Source of the DNA: a virus
Taxonomy: Duplodnaviria > Caudoviricetes
Strand: one strand, 5' to 3'
DNA length: 52,875 nucleotides
Virus record (IMG/VR): IMGVR_UViG_3300038393_001048
Coordinates: 1 to 52,875 of that record
Shown in pieces: positions 20,801-28,694 of this stretch. Each line of letters begins with the position of its first letter. Positions within the stretch are counted from its first letter, which is position 1. Made by a program: the position numbers and the translations under genes. The notes beneath the pieces are model-generated. The model was not told the origin of the DNA. It did no database searches and was given only the letters and a program-made list of their open reading frames with translations.

Positions 20801-21217
20801 CCGGTCTACAGGCAGGCGGGTGGTTCGGTTAGTGGCGGGGGCGGATCGGGAGCCAACTCCTTCGACGCCTTCGTGAAGGCAGCCGACTCGTTCGGCGAGC
20901 AGTTGCGGAGTGCAAGCGACGTCTTCGGGCGTGTGGGAGGCACCTTCGAGAGCCTGGCTTCTTCCATGACCAGCCTATCCGATAGGTTGGGACCCTTTAA
21001 TGATGCGGCCTCTTCACTAGCAAAGGCGTTGAGTAACGTGAACATCCCATCGAAGATCGAGGTTGCCACCCGTGGTGACTTCACGGTTACCTTGAACGGT
21101 GCAGCCATCATCGCCGCAATGAAGGGCGACATGGCCAGCGAAGTCCTCAAACAGGTGCAGGCTCAACTTGAGGGCCAGGTCCGCAAGGCCATTGAGTCGA
21201 TGCCTCCAAGGAGCTAA
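11882..21217 (+). CDS. Tail tape measure protein (3111 aa)
   Basis: TP901-type N-terminal domain (AINTVSAAFAVESEDL..A..RSG...TTRESASEIGTGLRTIFARL). Ala/Gly-rich helical body, a glycine-zipper segment and three VPAMLxPGEFV[V/I]N motifs. Confidence 0.92.
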   Translation: MANSFNVTMMLNVQGPNNLRPVVSALQNQLKNVKGTINFQVSPTTNRNVAALSSNLNALNVSLKVSQGAAVATGQAIQGVANNVAKASAGVSSFGQNIGLATRRFLAFQIGAVLAVSKVTDAIRDGVNEALLFQKTLINLSQVGTSAKGITEIADSITSLSKNLGVSSKGLAEVSVTLKQAGLSAGEVTVALEALAKTSLAPTFRDINKTTEGLIAMRQQFGITSKDFERTLGAINTVSAAFAVESEDLVEAVRRSGAAFKAASSDMQGSEQTFNQFISLVSAVRSTTRESASEIGTGLRTIFARLQSGRVAENLKALGIELRYTGEEAALAGKQIEGQFVGAWEAVSRLSAALKNVPTTDPRFAAIVEQVGGFRQISRVIPLIQQFGQAQKAYSIAQGGANSLTLDAGKAQGIFLVQLTKVREEFMDLIRTIGNNKTLQTFGALSLDLASSLIKLTKALEPLVPLLTLFAAVKLGGTLKSVASNIGTFAGNVGRGLQGHAAVRRASGGPVPGSGFGDKVPAMLEPGEFVINRKSAASIGYNRLGEWNRTGIAKMARGGRVTGSLAQIAAAMFPEVKNKRKRFAALQSEMGMGKLSASSKLGGKDDEAIYNKLVEVANARGFDLSAVTPAATGRAGSKVRKANVAKIAERSTETGAVGDYLREIAEANSGDRLDQIQKDAAKVFNPNNFGGTGRLSKKAAADTLKQIRTAAEERYKAVAEMVKAELTSSSGVLSPKQEIDPKTLKDADVFNRNDYINEMRGRGRDVNPSQLSVPSGIDEDAVLPVRKKQVDIADPYRVANAATPVTTRVGISRVRRGASAESPSIELLTPSLAARRAARGGGPTPPTFNTASVPLPEPPADFSRILGLIRGVSEQKGSLLGSVVGQAQGNDPLSRLMGQIQTLASATRENTKETKKETVARTRGSKLSKAEKAAILGVPAERPDLSRILGQVRVIGSHPNQAPVDPSTFFPKRSGTPGGFINFADRTPGSKLSKAEKDAIIKRSRRRIGDPVVPPDLGGYVPDLPAGVPWLYDMGAVGTAQRGDPAFFTGTVRPPGGTGLPVGLQAKRRQASTFGKVVPSGGSPYAIEQTNQEYFRDLQRRFEAERLIKSQRDSVEYPFFNVGDAPDISGLRRGDFERTPRDFHKVPGSYNNRIEARAQRAARRNPTASHEALYNFFRQEGRNDLLKNVNRRVRGNVDIGDEAEDFLRSAAANRAQDAIDKGERVYFNRQGGVRSVGQSPTRRFFSRVGAVLNRPLGSNKLTPAGQFAPFTAVNPANQFSAFGVGGAARAESRMSRFRSGLGRFGSGIAQNGFLAAAFVPGLLQAGFGTVDQPKGSRNAARLAQGASGAITGAALAGQAGFLAGGPMGAAIGAVAGGLIGLYTSLRDAQNRIDELDFEKSFRPFQSFLTDVANGHTRLDAAGRGRLEGGLATAASEARRRVAVAGNGGTYLDRIGDFLGNGSFGQTIKGTGAAAASVTGLSTINQLPKLLGFEKTITGNFTSTTRERRAEAARQAAEERIKILTPELPALQQIGEQIAKGVKLSPQDVSVGAGTTQQDLDARRRGRIESFNRAGGDSIAQTIAEVNRLPINQVYEQFDQLIVSANRLRHTQEKSAEAITQMNVQVHTFGHLTEAFGEASASLHTLEASADQISSIFEGNIATSRVSGFAAGAGQIGGLDRTAFQRSLQFTQANTGGPVSADFARVLNQVDTTMRDLPSLLAGTTFDFTNADSVQATVDKLLTNNLKLDKSVAGPLSASFAGTEPEKLFKGLQSNPQKLVKDLIEETFGHLKKEIEDQTRQLEDHFNKFSQGLTAYSQKVLNAGDDLDKVSTLRLSAQRASAELQGARQGRSPGGFLSLDALRRPFADRQARLAGTAAGNPEEIGRRLQDAISRRGALQRELDSPSLERGDRARVQESFQGVALEITKFQQALHHLVDASEESAAIQEKLSDIEKQRSGQLSFTEKLLTSSPKELFEIQKASALSDVAVKQGNFQGFLPNQIREVLDYLTSLQDVKLPGYANRTGGEVANNLLNPSNRAIFGRQATGLEQGRDDLLKQQVKVAERSVQAQEVLAKSQQTLATEFLANLKETNAQFFTKLDQLIATARASDLRAAEDRSKAAQGKVQSQVNSIGSIEALPGIGQGNFGKVRQILNAPEFNAFRAAGIRQDELARTNQSLFGKGQLAQEARGQVFLGQRFSPVQAHGFDPGIEGRIEGQLQAATSEIIRRTGFTRNQVEQEVIPDVLGKLSDYQAKPEFSRGTFDINQEIVKSISSVLTKAQQTALDETNAARNAVTTGVLGSEPARPGEFHQLMSAVAREQPLIAGKIGNGLNEVGDPADLVATLKRLTEATEVLTKQRQNAEERAQFKANGGVAFAPRGTDTVPAMLSPGEFVVNASATRANLSLLQSINSARGPLYRAAGGYIQTPEERKKMLAEMEAESLQKVDTIFASNTTNAGDLRKLVQQGQETFQQEYLKPNEQGNRRLLALKRLQGEVSGFKDEDQLNSGAGVLYNKLLSADSNAPESTQLSTAYSPLTAIDRFADKTLNVLGLDAGAMQRNSPRGILTANQIANPATDEEVSIREEQKRRRRLSDPEKQALNINETPLGLGLDPKYAVSQISAPFVAANRAMLAPVEAGVAGLQQKVSAAQAEGAAFAASPAAAQAATAKGQVDALLKARADRTSQLQADTAQRQAANAAAEQARAAIEARTAESRKRRLNPAAAPVAAAPAPNPALAGLPAALANNPKISDDVKLRIVAQENARKGRRVADQAKLADFNKRRAEQQELFNADLLRRGIDTRPVIGGREPEAPKISKSRSRYYDKVASATQDVNKQGSGFTKRQILNAARARAKLTADLGDKGLAPEAQERNKNLLLELKASKIGPHIDSLNFARERKGQGAIGATAAQRKRVADAYQENQKALRQKARKDRRQKPFHFAEGGLVPAMLTPGEFVVNGASARANGPLLNSINSGRSPVYRQAGGSVSGGGGSGANSFDAFVKAADSFGEQLRSASDVFGRVGGTFESLASSMTSLSDRLGPFNDAASSLAKALSNVNIPSKIEVATRGDFTVTLNGAAIIAAMKGDMASEVLKQVQAQLEGQVRKAIESMPPRS

Positions 21218-21220
21218 CGC

Positions 21221-22066
21221 ATGTTTGGAGTGCATCGTTTTGATAAGTTTCGTTTTCTGCAAGGGGGGACCGCCGATGGCGGTCTCTCCGCAGCAGGAAT
21301 CATGCCGTTGACGATGCGTGGTCGCGATACCTTCACTTCGAGTACCACGCTCTTCATCAGGGGCCTATCACCGAACGTTGGGGGTCTCGACCTCTTCATT
21401 CTAGGTGGTGGCTTACCATTCAACCGCTCCCTAACCCTCAACATCAAGACCGATCCCGCTCCCATCATGACGGGTATTCAACCACTCGTCATCATGGGTA
21501 GCAATCCGGGTGTCTCCGCAACCTCCTCGACGATGCCCCTCATCATGTGGGCACCACCACAGCCCCTTCCTGAAGACTTGAACCTCTTCATCAAGGGTAG
21601 TGACTCGGGCACAATCCCGGCGGTCATGAACTTGGTGCTCACTGGTGGGAATCCAGGCACGAATGGTGTGATGCCTCTCTTCCTCTGCAACGGGGCAGGG
21701 AGTCAGACGAAGGCGGTGAAGCTCTACATCAGTGGGCTTGGGGGGACGCCGGGTGCCGTCGCTATCGGCGATGACATGAACCTGCATATCGAGAGGGGCC
21801 CATACGCGGGCATGACCCTGGTGATGCAGAACAACGGGGCGACCTTGGAGGCCCCACTCTTCATCTCCGGACAACCCTTCTCGGTGGCCCAGTCCGACCT
21901 CTTCATCGAGGGCTTCGGCGGAACCACGACGGGTCAAGCCACACTCGTCATCCCGAACGTCAAGCAGCCGACTCCCTTCAACGGGCAGGCTACGCTTGTC
22001 ATTCCAAAGTCTACCGGACTAACGACCCAACTTCTTAGGCTCTACATCAATGGGTGGACACCATAA
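21221..22066 (+). CDS. Putative tail protein with short periodic repeats
   Basis: About 14-16-aa periodicity of [M/L]xL[F/Y/V]IxG; directly follows the TMP. Confidence 0.55.
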   Translation: MFGVHRFDKFRFLQGGTADGGLSAAGIMPLTMRGRDTFTSSTTLFIRGLSPNVGGLDLFILGGGLPFNRSLTLNIKTDPAPIMTGIQPLVIMGSNPGVSATSSTMPLIMWAPPQPLPEDLNLFIKGSDSGTIPAVMNLVLTGGNPGTNGVMPLFLCNGAGSQTKAVKLYISGLGGTPGAVAIGDDMNLHIERGPYAGMTLVMQNNGATLEAPLFISGQPFSVAQSDLFIEGFGGTTTGQATLVIPNVKQPTPFNGQATLVIPKSTGLTTQLLRLYINGWTP

Positions 22067-24066
22067 TGCCAGTAATCTACGGTGAGCAACCAATCCGACC
22101 GGGCCCTCAGGTAAGCATCTCGAAGGCCCCACAAGTCATGGGAGACGGACGACGTCTCTCGTGGACCGTCACGGCTCGTCTCACGGGGACGATCGTTTGC
22201 GAGAAGGTGGACGACACTTTTACGCCCATCTCTCTTGAACATAAGTTGGCAACTCTTCTCGCCAAGCAGGAGGAACTGAGGTCCATCTTCGCAGTCAACG
22301 GCCTCATGTTCCAGGTGCAGGGGTGGGATGGGACGGCACCCGTCCAGTTCCCCGCTATCGTAGAGAGCATCGACTTCTCCGAAGGTATCTGGACCGACAG
22401 GACCGATTATACGATCGTGCTCCGAGGCCCCGACTTCGAAGATGAGAAGAGTGCGGATGACACCAACTGTGAGTCGGCCAGCGAGACGTGGGCGTTCGAG
22501 GAGGGCGACCTCCCCCGAACCTGGAAGGCTACGCACTCGGTTTCCGCTAAGGGTAAGCTCGTCTATGATGGCACAGGGAACATTTCCCTGCTCCCTTGGC
22601 AGCATGCCAAGAACTTTGTCACCAGCAAGCTCGGGCTTGACTGGAATACGACGACTGAGCCGGACTGGTCGCCGCTCTCGGGTAATGACCTGGCGGCGTT
22701 GTCCGCGTCCGCCCCTCGTTCTACGAACCAGTGGAATAGGACGGTCGTCGAGAACGTCGATGAGACGGACGGCACCTACTCGGTCACCGAAACGTGGGTC
22801 CTCAACGAGCAATCGTATGTAGAAGAGTTCACCATTAGCCTGAGACGAGTCGAGGAGCCCAAAGTCACCACCCAGGTCTCCATCACCGGCTCGGTTCGCG
22901 GCCTCGCCAAGAATGTGGGCGACTTCGAGGGGAGATATGCGGCGGCACTAGCCCAGTGGCCCACCACCAAGGCGTTGCTACTGGTACGCTGTCAGGACCA
23001 GGTGAATACGGTCGGCGGGGGCACCTTGGGGGCCCACCCGACCGCGATGAGTGTCGATCACAACCCGTACGAGGGCTCGATCTCCTACAACTTCGAGTTC
23101 TCCGACCGGGTCATCGTCAATGACACGATCGAGACCTACACGCTCTCGCAATCCACATCTCTCGAAGACTACAAGACGGTTGTCAGGATCGATGGATCAA
23201 TAACTGGTGTTGTCTACCTGGATGATGGGCCGAGCACAACGATCAAGTTCACACGGGCCGAGCTTCAGTGGGAGGTCGTGAAAAACTTGATCTTTGCTCG
23301 GGTGGTGAGCGAATCCGGTGTATCAAACTTAAAGGCTTTCCCGGTCAGTGCCCAGTTCTCCTTCGATCAGACGAACGGGACGGTCAACTATAGCTACGAG
23401 TTCGATGACAGGGACCCCCAGAGCGTCCGCAACGAGTTCACGGTGACCTCCAGGACCAGCCGCGAAGACGGCAGGACGACGGTTACTGTCGAGGGGACTG
23501 TGACGGGCTTGAGGACGGCCAATGCGTCCGACCCATTCGGGCAGGGCAGTATGGTGGAGAGGTACAACAATGCGGTGGCCTACTACAATGGGATCGCGGG
23601 CAACCTCCTCGGCGTAGCCGCCACCTACGTGAACCTGGACTGTATCAACCCCACCCCCTTTTCGACCAGTGCCGCCTACAATCCCCTGGCGGGGACCGTG
23701 GCCTACAGTGCCGAGTTCACTTCCCAGATCGCACCCGTCATCCCCGGAGCGTTGACGGAATCCGTCAGCATCACGGACGATGCGGGCACGCCCGTATTTG
23801 CAGTTATTCCCGTCCCCGGTCTTGAGGACGGCCCGATCTTCCAGGACATCAAGACCAAGAAGGAGAAGCGGCGTTCGATCAATGTGGAAGTTGTCATGCC
23901 GCCACCGAAGTACGGATGCGGCGTCGTCTCGTATGACACACCCTCCTTCGACGTCTCCCAGTACACTCCACAGAACACCGCCAGCATCTTTTTGGAGCAG
24001 GACCAAGTCACTTGGTCCCCACAATCGGCCCGCTATACACGCTCAGTCGTGTGGGTCTACAAATAA
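22066..24066 (+). CDS. Putative distal tail / baseplate hub protein
   Basis: TAATG overlap. Three internal repeats (V.I.GS[V/I].G...NP..G.[I/V].Y..EF), beta-rich, downstream of the TMP. Confidence 0.55.
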   Translation: MPVIYGEQPIRPGPQVSISKAPQVMGDGRRLSWTVTARLTGTIVCEKVDDTFTPISLEHKLATLLAKQEELRSIFAVNGLMFQVQGWDGTAPVQFPAIVESIDFSEGIWTDRTDYTIVLRGPDFEDEKSADDTNCESASETWAFEEGDLPRTWKATHSVSAKGKLVYDGTGNISLLPWQHAKNFVTSKLGLDWNTTTEPDWSPLSGNDLAALSASAPRSTNQWNRTVVENVDETDGTYSVTETWVLNEQSYVEEFTISLRRVEEPKVTTQVSITGSVRGLAKNVGDFEGRYAAALAQWPTTKALLLVRCQDQVNTVGGGTLGAHPTAMSVDHNPYEGSISYNFEFSDRVIVNDTIETYTLSQSTSLEDYKTVVRIDGSITGVVYLDDGPSTTIKFTRAELQWEVVKNLIFARVVSESGVSNLKAFPVSAQFSFDQTNGTVNYSYEFDDRDPQSVRNEFTVTSRTSREDGRTTVTVEGTVTGLRTANASDPFGQGSMVERYNNAVAYYNGIAGNLLGVAATYVNLDCINPTPFSTSAAYNPLAGTVAYSAEFTSQIAPVIPGALTESVSITDDAGTPVFAVIPVPGLEDGPIFQDIKTKKEKRRSINVEVVMPPPKYGCGVVSYDTPSFDVSQYTPQNTASIFLEQDQVTWSPQSARYTRSVVWVYK

Positions 24067-24078
24067 GAGGAGCAGAGG

Positions 24079-27000
24079 ATGGCTGATATTTTTAGCTTGA
24101 CCAAGTTCATGGGAGCTACGGTCTACCGCTACAGTTCGTCAGTAGGATGGAATGAGCAGGTCAGCACAATGACCATCAGTTTGGTGGAGGACCCCAATGC
24201 GGGCGACAGCTTCTTCCCGCCAGCCGTGGGCGAGCCCGTATCCTTCACGTACGGGAACCACACATTCCAGGGGCTCTTGCAGCAGTACACGCAGACTGGT
24301 GACATCAACGGTAACCCGCTCTACGAAGTGATGCTCGTCGGGCCCTCTGAGATCCTCTCGGGGGCCCAAGTCATCCTTGGGTCCTTCCGAGGGGCCACGG
24401 GTGCGATGCCCAACCTTCTCAATGCCTATGGCTTCTGGGAAAATCGGATGGGGTTCGGCGGGGCCCTCACCAACAATTCAGGTATGCTCTGGAATGCACC
24501 CTTCGATGTATTGAAGGTTGACCCCGGCTCCGCTCCCGGTTCGATCGAAATCGTCCAGGAGGGGACGATCGGCATCAAGGCAGCCATCGAGTTCCTCACC
24601 AACTTCTCGGGCGACTACGGTGGCCCCCTCCAATTCAGGGGCCACTTCTACAACGTGGACTTGGGCAACCTCCCCATCCCTCCCGTCTACTACCGAGTCG
24701 GGGGGACCTCTCGGGACATCCTCAGCATCGTCTCGGAAATCTGCCAGGATGGCGGGCACGATTACATCTGCTATCTCGATGGACACACCATCAGATTCAA
24801 GACGGTCTCCCGCATCTACCAGCAGACGATTGGTGCGATCTCGACCTACGTCAACGCCCAGCCCGATGTGACCACGAAGTCGGTCGGTATCGAGCTTCGC
24901 AACGATGTGACGAATGCGGTCCTGTTGGGCGGTGACGTCCGTCAACTCTACCCGCTCTACAACTTCGCCAATGATGATATGATCTGGCCCTTCTGGGGCA
25001 TGAATGATCAGGGGCTCCCGATCGTTGGGCACGGAAATCCGGAGTCGGGCACCCATGAGTTCGATTTGAACTGTGCCCCGATCGCCGACATCATGGGCGG
25101 CACGACGTACCACTGCACCATTCCGGAGCTACGTCTCGCGGCCGTCAACTACGACAGTTGGGCCGCTTGGGTCATGCGACACGAACCGCAGAAGGCCGAG
25201 ATCATCAACTTGGTGGGGGCGATGGACTCCGACTCAGACCTCTTCGACATCTTCGGCGACCTCCTCATGCAGCGGGACCTGATCGCGGCCAGGGAAGCGG
25301 CGGCTAAGTCGTTCGGCAGCATGAACGACGAGGTTGAGGAGAACTATTGGACCAAGAGGGCCCAGCGAGTTTACAACTTCGTCTCTACCTATGCGAATGA
25401 GTATTACGGCCGCAAGTTCCTGGTCAAGATCCCCTTCTTCGTCTATTGGAAGGTCGTCGAGGGATCGACCGAGGTTGTCGCCTCGGAGGAGCCCTGTGAA
25501 TCGGCCTACCTACCAGAAGCTTCCCTGCCCCTCTCCCTCATGTACGGGAATGAGGACATGTTTCTGACTGAGGATGGTCAGTTCGAGTGCTTCGTCCTCT
25601 TCGACGCGGACGACAGGATTGATATCGAACAACTCGACCCCAACGCGACGGTCATCCAGGGGAACGGCGTATACGTCAGGGCGAGAGTGGATACTTCGCT
25701 CGGCGTGGTCTACCCGGCCCAAACCATCTTCCCCTACTGCGTGATCGAATTGGACCGCCCGGTTGTCCAGCGTATTCCGGACCCATTGGGAGGCGTCTCC
25801 GATCTAGCCGTCGTACTCGGCATGGAAGACAACCCCCAGATCCTCCAGCAGATGGTGGGCTTCCGCCAGGGCGACTTCCCCATCAGGATCGCCCCACCGG
25901 CTTACAGGCCGCGAGGGGTGGCACTCCCGATGAAGTCCAACCGGGACAGCTACGGCCCGTGGGGAACGTTCCCCCCGTTCGGCCCTATGGGCGTAGCAGG
26001 GAAGGTGTCGTTCGAGAGGGACGAGAGCCTGACCCCGTGGGAGTATGGCGGGTACGACTCGCTCCAGCAGGCAGCCGCCGCCAAGCTCGCTGGTGCCGCC
26101 AGCAACTTGCAGGAGGCCGAGATGGGCTCCCTTGAGCAGGTGGGCACGCCCATCATCTCTCTAGGTGATAGCCTGATAGCGGGTGGGCCGCAAGTGACGA
26201 GCATCGATTGCTCCGTGGGCGTGGATGGGGTGAAGACCTCATACCGGATGCAGACCTTCTCGCCCCGCTTCGGTGTCTTCAGCAAGACGAACGCCGACCG
26301 CATCCGCCAGATGGGGATAGCGGCTCAGCAAGTTCGCCGCTCGCTCCGCACCCTCTTCCACCAGCGTGAGGCCAATCAGAGGGTGACGAATGCCGCCCAG
26401 ATCGGCTTCATGCAGAACGCTTCGAGGGCGATTCAGCAGAGGACGCCACACGACATCCTCTATGGCCGAATGGCCTGGTCCGAGAAGCTCCAGAGGTATC
26501 GCACCGTAGTATCGTCCTCAACGCTCCCAGAGGCCGTAGCAAACGCCCGTGCGGACAATCCGGCCCTTTGGGAGGCAGCCGCCGCCATGAGCTTAGAGGG
26601 GCTTCTGAGGCCCTTCTCGACGAATGCCACCGATCCAGGTCCCGTGCCGGGTCGCGGGGACTACCCGCACTTCGGGGTGATCGAGAGCCATTTGAGCACT
26701 ACGATCCCATCGGTGAAGACGTTGGACCCGCTTGGGACCACGAATGACCTCGAAATCATGACGTGGGACCAGACGTATCCGGGTGAAATGCACACTTTGA
26801 AGGCAAAGGATGCTGCCGATAAGGGCGTTCAGTTGGCTGACGGCACGCCGATGCAGCCCGCCGACTTCACCAATGCGAGGTTGCTTGGACTCAGAGGGCC
26901 GATGGTCATGGTCGGGTGGGGCTACGACTACACGGGCAAGCCGATCCCCAATGAGGCGGTTGTCAACGGTGACCCCAACAACCCACCCCTCATCCACAAC

Positions 27001-27321
27001 TGGTCGGACAACTTCTCGACTGACCACCGCTTACACCCGGAATACTGGAAGGCGGGCCCCATCGACTTGCGATACGACATGTGGCGGCAGTGTTGGACAA
27101 TTCCAACTATCTTGATAGGTAAATTGGATGCGGCCCTAACCGCAGGGCCTACCAAGATGACGATCACGCTGGGAGGGGCATCGGCGACGGGACCGGCCGA
27201 CAAGATCGACGTCTACAACGTCCTCGGCGGTCCCTCGATCCCCGCAAACTCGGTGGTGATCGCGGGATACTACCCGCTGACCAACCGCTGGTACGCGGTC
27301 GCCGCCACCTGCCCGGCGTAA
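24079..27321 (+). CDS. Large tail-tip / hub (Tal-like) protein
   Basis: GAGGAG RBS, 1080 aa. N-terminus (SSVGWNEQ.STMTISLVED...F.GLLQ) resembles hub proteins; gene order fits. Confidence 0.6.
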   Translation: MADIFSLTKFMGATVYRYSSSVGWNEQVSTMTISLVEDPNAGDSFFPPAVGEPVSFTYGNHTFQGLLQQYTQTGDINGNPLYEVMLVGPSEILSGAQVILGSFRGATGAMPNLLNAYGFWENRMGFGGALTNNSGMLWNAPFDVLKVDPGSAPGSIEIVQEGTIGIKAAIEFLTNFSGDYGGPLQFRGHFYNVDLGNLPIPPVYYRVGGTSRDILSIVSEICQDGGHDYICYLDGHTIRFKTVSRIYQQTIGAISTYVNAQPDVTTKSVGIELRNDVTNAVLLGGDVRQLYPLYNFANDDMIWPFWGMNDQGLPIVGHGNPESGTHEFDLNCAPIADIMGGTTYHCTIPELRLAAVNYDSWAAWVMRHEPQKAEIINLVGAMDSDSDLFDIFGDLLMQRDLIAAREAAAKSFGSMNDEVEENYWTKRAQRVYNFVSTYANEYYGRKFLVKIPFFVYWKVVEGSTEVVASEEPCESAYLPEASLPLSLMYGNEDMFLTEDGQFECFVLFDADDRIDIEQLDPNATVIQGNGVYVRARVDTSLGVVYPAQTIFPYCVIELDRPVVQRIPDPLGGVSDLAVVLGMEDNPQILQQMVGFRQGDFPIRIAPPAYRPRGVALPMKSNRDSYGPWGTFPPFGPMGVAGKVSFERDESLTPWEYGGYDSLQQAAAAKLAGAASNLQEAEMGSLEQVGTPIISLGDSLIAGGPQVTSIDCSVGVDGVKTSYRMQTFSPRFGVFSKTNADRIRQMGIAAQQVRRSLRTLFHQREANQRVTNAAQIGFMQNASRAIQQRTPHDILYGRMAWSEKLQRYRTVVSSSTLPEAVANARADNPALWEAAAAMSLEGLLRPFSTNATDPGPVPGRGDYPHFGVIESHLSTTIPSVKTLDPLGTTNDLEIMTWDQTYPGEMHTLKAKDAADKGVQLADGTPMQPADFTNARLLGLRGPMVMVGWGYDYTGKPIPNEAVVNGDPNNPPLIHNWSDNFSTDHRLHPEYWKAGPIDLRYDMWRQCWTIPTILIGKLDAALTAGPTKMTITLGGASATGPADKIDVYNVLGGPSIPANSVVIAGYYPLTNRWYAVAATCPA

Positions 27322-27349
27322 AGTATCCGCACTTTCAAGCCACTTTTAC

Positions 27350-27386
27350 GGTGTATCTATAAGTAGGAATAGCTACTCCTACCTAC
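27350..27386 (+). promoter_or_regulatory. Candidate late promoter (GGTGTAT) followed by a hairpin
   Basis: GGTGTATCTATAA in an AT-rich gap, followed by the inverted repeat GTAGGA-ATAGCTAC-TCCTAC. Confidence 0.45.
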
Positions 27387-27402
27387 ATGCGAGGACAAAG
27401 AA

Positions 27403-28047
27403 ATGGCACAGATCAACTTCCTGTCCGGCTTCCAGTTCACGATCAACGATCTGGCTGGTTCCGGACTCGGGTTCTATGGTGCTGGCGGCTTCGGACAATC
27501 GGTCCAAGTCGGCCAGTACCAAGACAACACATACATCACGGACTCCACAGGAGCTATCAACGGCCCCAAAGTGAACAATGTGAAGTATGTGCATGCTAAC
27601 TCGGGGATGATTCCGACGAACGATACGCGGGTGCTCCGTGACATCCCCAACTATCTGTCGACGCTCAACATCCGCTTCACCCACACGTCTGCCGTCCAGA
27701 CGCAGAACGCAAAGCTCATCATCTTCGACAGGGTGAACATCAACAACCCGGCGAGCGGGGTGACGACCAAAGTCGCCCAGATCATCCACCCGTGGAATAC
27801 ACAGGCCCCTGCTGGATCGGGACAGACATCCTGGTCGACGCCTGGCGGCTCCGGTGGCACCTTCGGGGCACGAACCTACGATCCCCCGGTAAGCCTGGCA
27901 TCGTCGCCCGGCCTAAGCGGATGGTCGCCGAGCGGGGCAGGGACATTCGACACTCAACACGACTGGTATGTCGCGATCAGTGCGAGTGCTGACTCGATCG
28001 GTAGCAAGGTGCAGTACGGTTTGTACGTAAGTCTTGAGTATCTCTAA
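27403..28047 (+). CDS. Putative virion structural protein
   Basis: GAGGA RBS, 214 aa, Gly/Ser/Thr beta-rich; last gene of the + strand block. Confidence 0.6.
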   Translation: MAQINFLSGFQFTINDLAGSGLGFYGAGGFGQSVQVGQYQDNTYITDSTGAINGPKVNNVKYVHANSGMIPTNDTRVLRDIPNYLSTLNIRFTHTSAVQTQNAKLIIFDRVNINNPASGVTTKVAQIIHPWNTQAPAGSGQTSWSTPGGSGGTFGARTYDPPVSLASSPGLSGWSPSGAGTFDTQHDWYVAISASADSIGSKVQYGLYVSLEYL

Positions 28048-28049
28048 AC

Positions 28050-28089
28050 AAAAAAAAAGCCCCGGCCGTAAGGTCGGGGCTTTTCTTTT
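28050..28089. terminator. Bidirectional rho-independent terminator
   Basis: A-tract, GCCCCGGCC-GTAA-GGTCGGGGC stem with a GNRA loop, then TTTTCTTTT, exactly at the strand switch. Confidence 0.92.
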
Positions 28090-28339
28090 AGGTGTCCAGT
28101 AGGTGGAAGTGGAAGATGAGGAAGCAGAAGAGTTCTACGAGCGAGATGGCTATCGCCAAGAGCAAGTAGAAGAAGCGTTCCTGTTTGACCGGGAAGAGCC
28201 GGCCGATCGTCCACCAGGTCCCGAACATCCAGCCGACGAAGATGTGGCCCATCGCCGGGAATGGCATCGAGTGGTAGCCGTAGATCCTGAAGAGGGCTAG
28301 GCCAACCGCCAACACAAATAAGAAGATCTTACTCGTCAT
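28088..28339 (-). CDS. Small membrane protein (~3 TM segments)
   Basis: Start moved to MTSKIF (AGGAG upstream). Three hydrophobic stretches in 83 aa. Confidence 0.55.
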   Translation of the reverse strand: MTSKIFLFVLAVGLALFRIYGYHSMPFPAMGHIFVGWMFGTWWTIGRLFPVKQERFFYLLLAIAISLVELFCFLIFHFHLLDT

Positions 28340-28694
28340 CGTGCTCCTGATCGCCTCCAGTCCAGCGTCTCCATCCGCGTCCCTGCTTGTCGTACTCACC
28401 GTTGATCTTGCGATCGGGGAAGAGGGTTCCGCCCTCACGGTGCTGCCCGTAGGGCAGATAATGTCCGCATCCGCGACACAGCATCTCGAAGTAGGTGAAG
28501 GTCTTCCCCTTGTTCTTCCCTTCCTTCGCGGTTACCTTCCTCTTGCGGAAGTAGATATCCTCGCTCTCGCAGTGCCCACAGGTTGGCTCACCGAAGACTT
28601 CGTCTAGCTCGGCGAGTGCCCCGAAGAGGTCTGTGTGGCTCTGTCCCTCAATCTCGAATTCAATCTTGTCGTTCGGTCGATACCGTGCTTTCAT
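28329..28694 (-). CDS. Zn-ribbon hypothetical protein
   Basis: CGHC...CRGC cysteine pairs with a basic segment; ATGA overlap with the upstream gene. Confidence 0.65.
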   Translation of the reverse strand: MKARYRPNDKIEFEIEGQSHTDLFGALAELDEVFGEPTCGHCESEDIYFRKRKVTAKEGKNKGKTFTYFEMLCRGCGHYLPYGQHREGGTLFPDRKINGEYDKQGRGWRRWTGGDQEHDDE

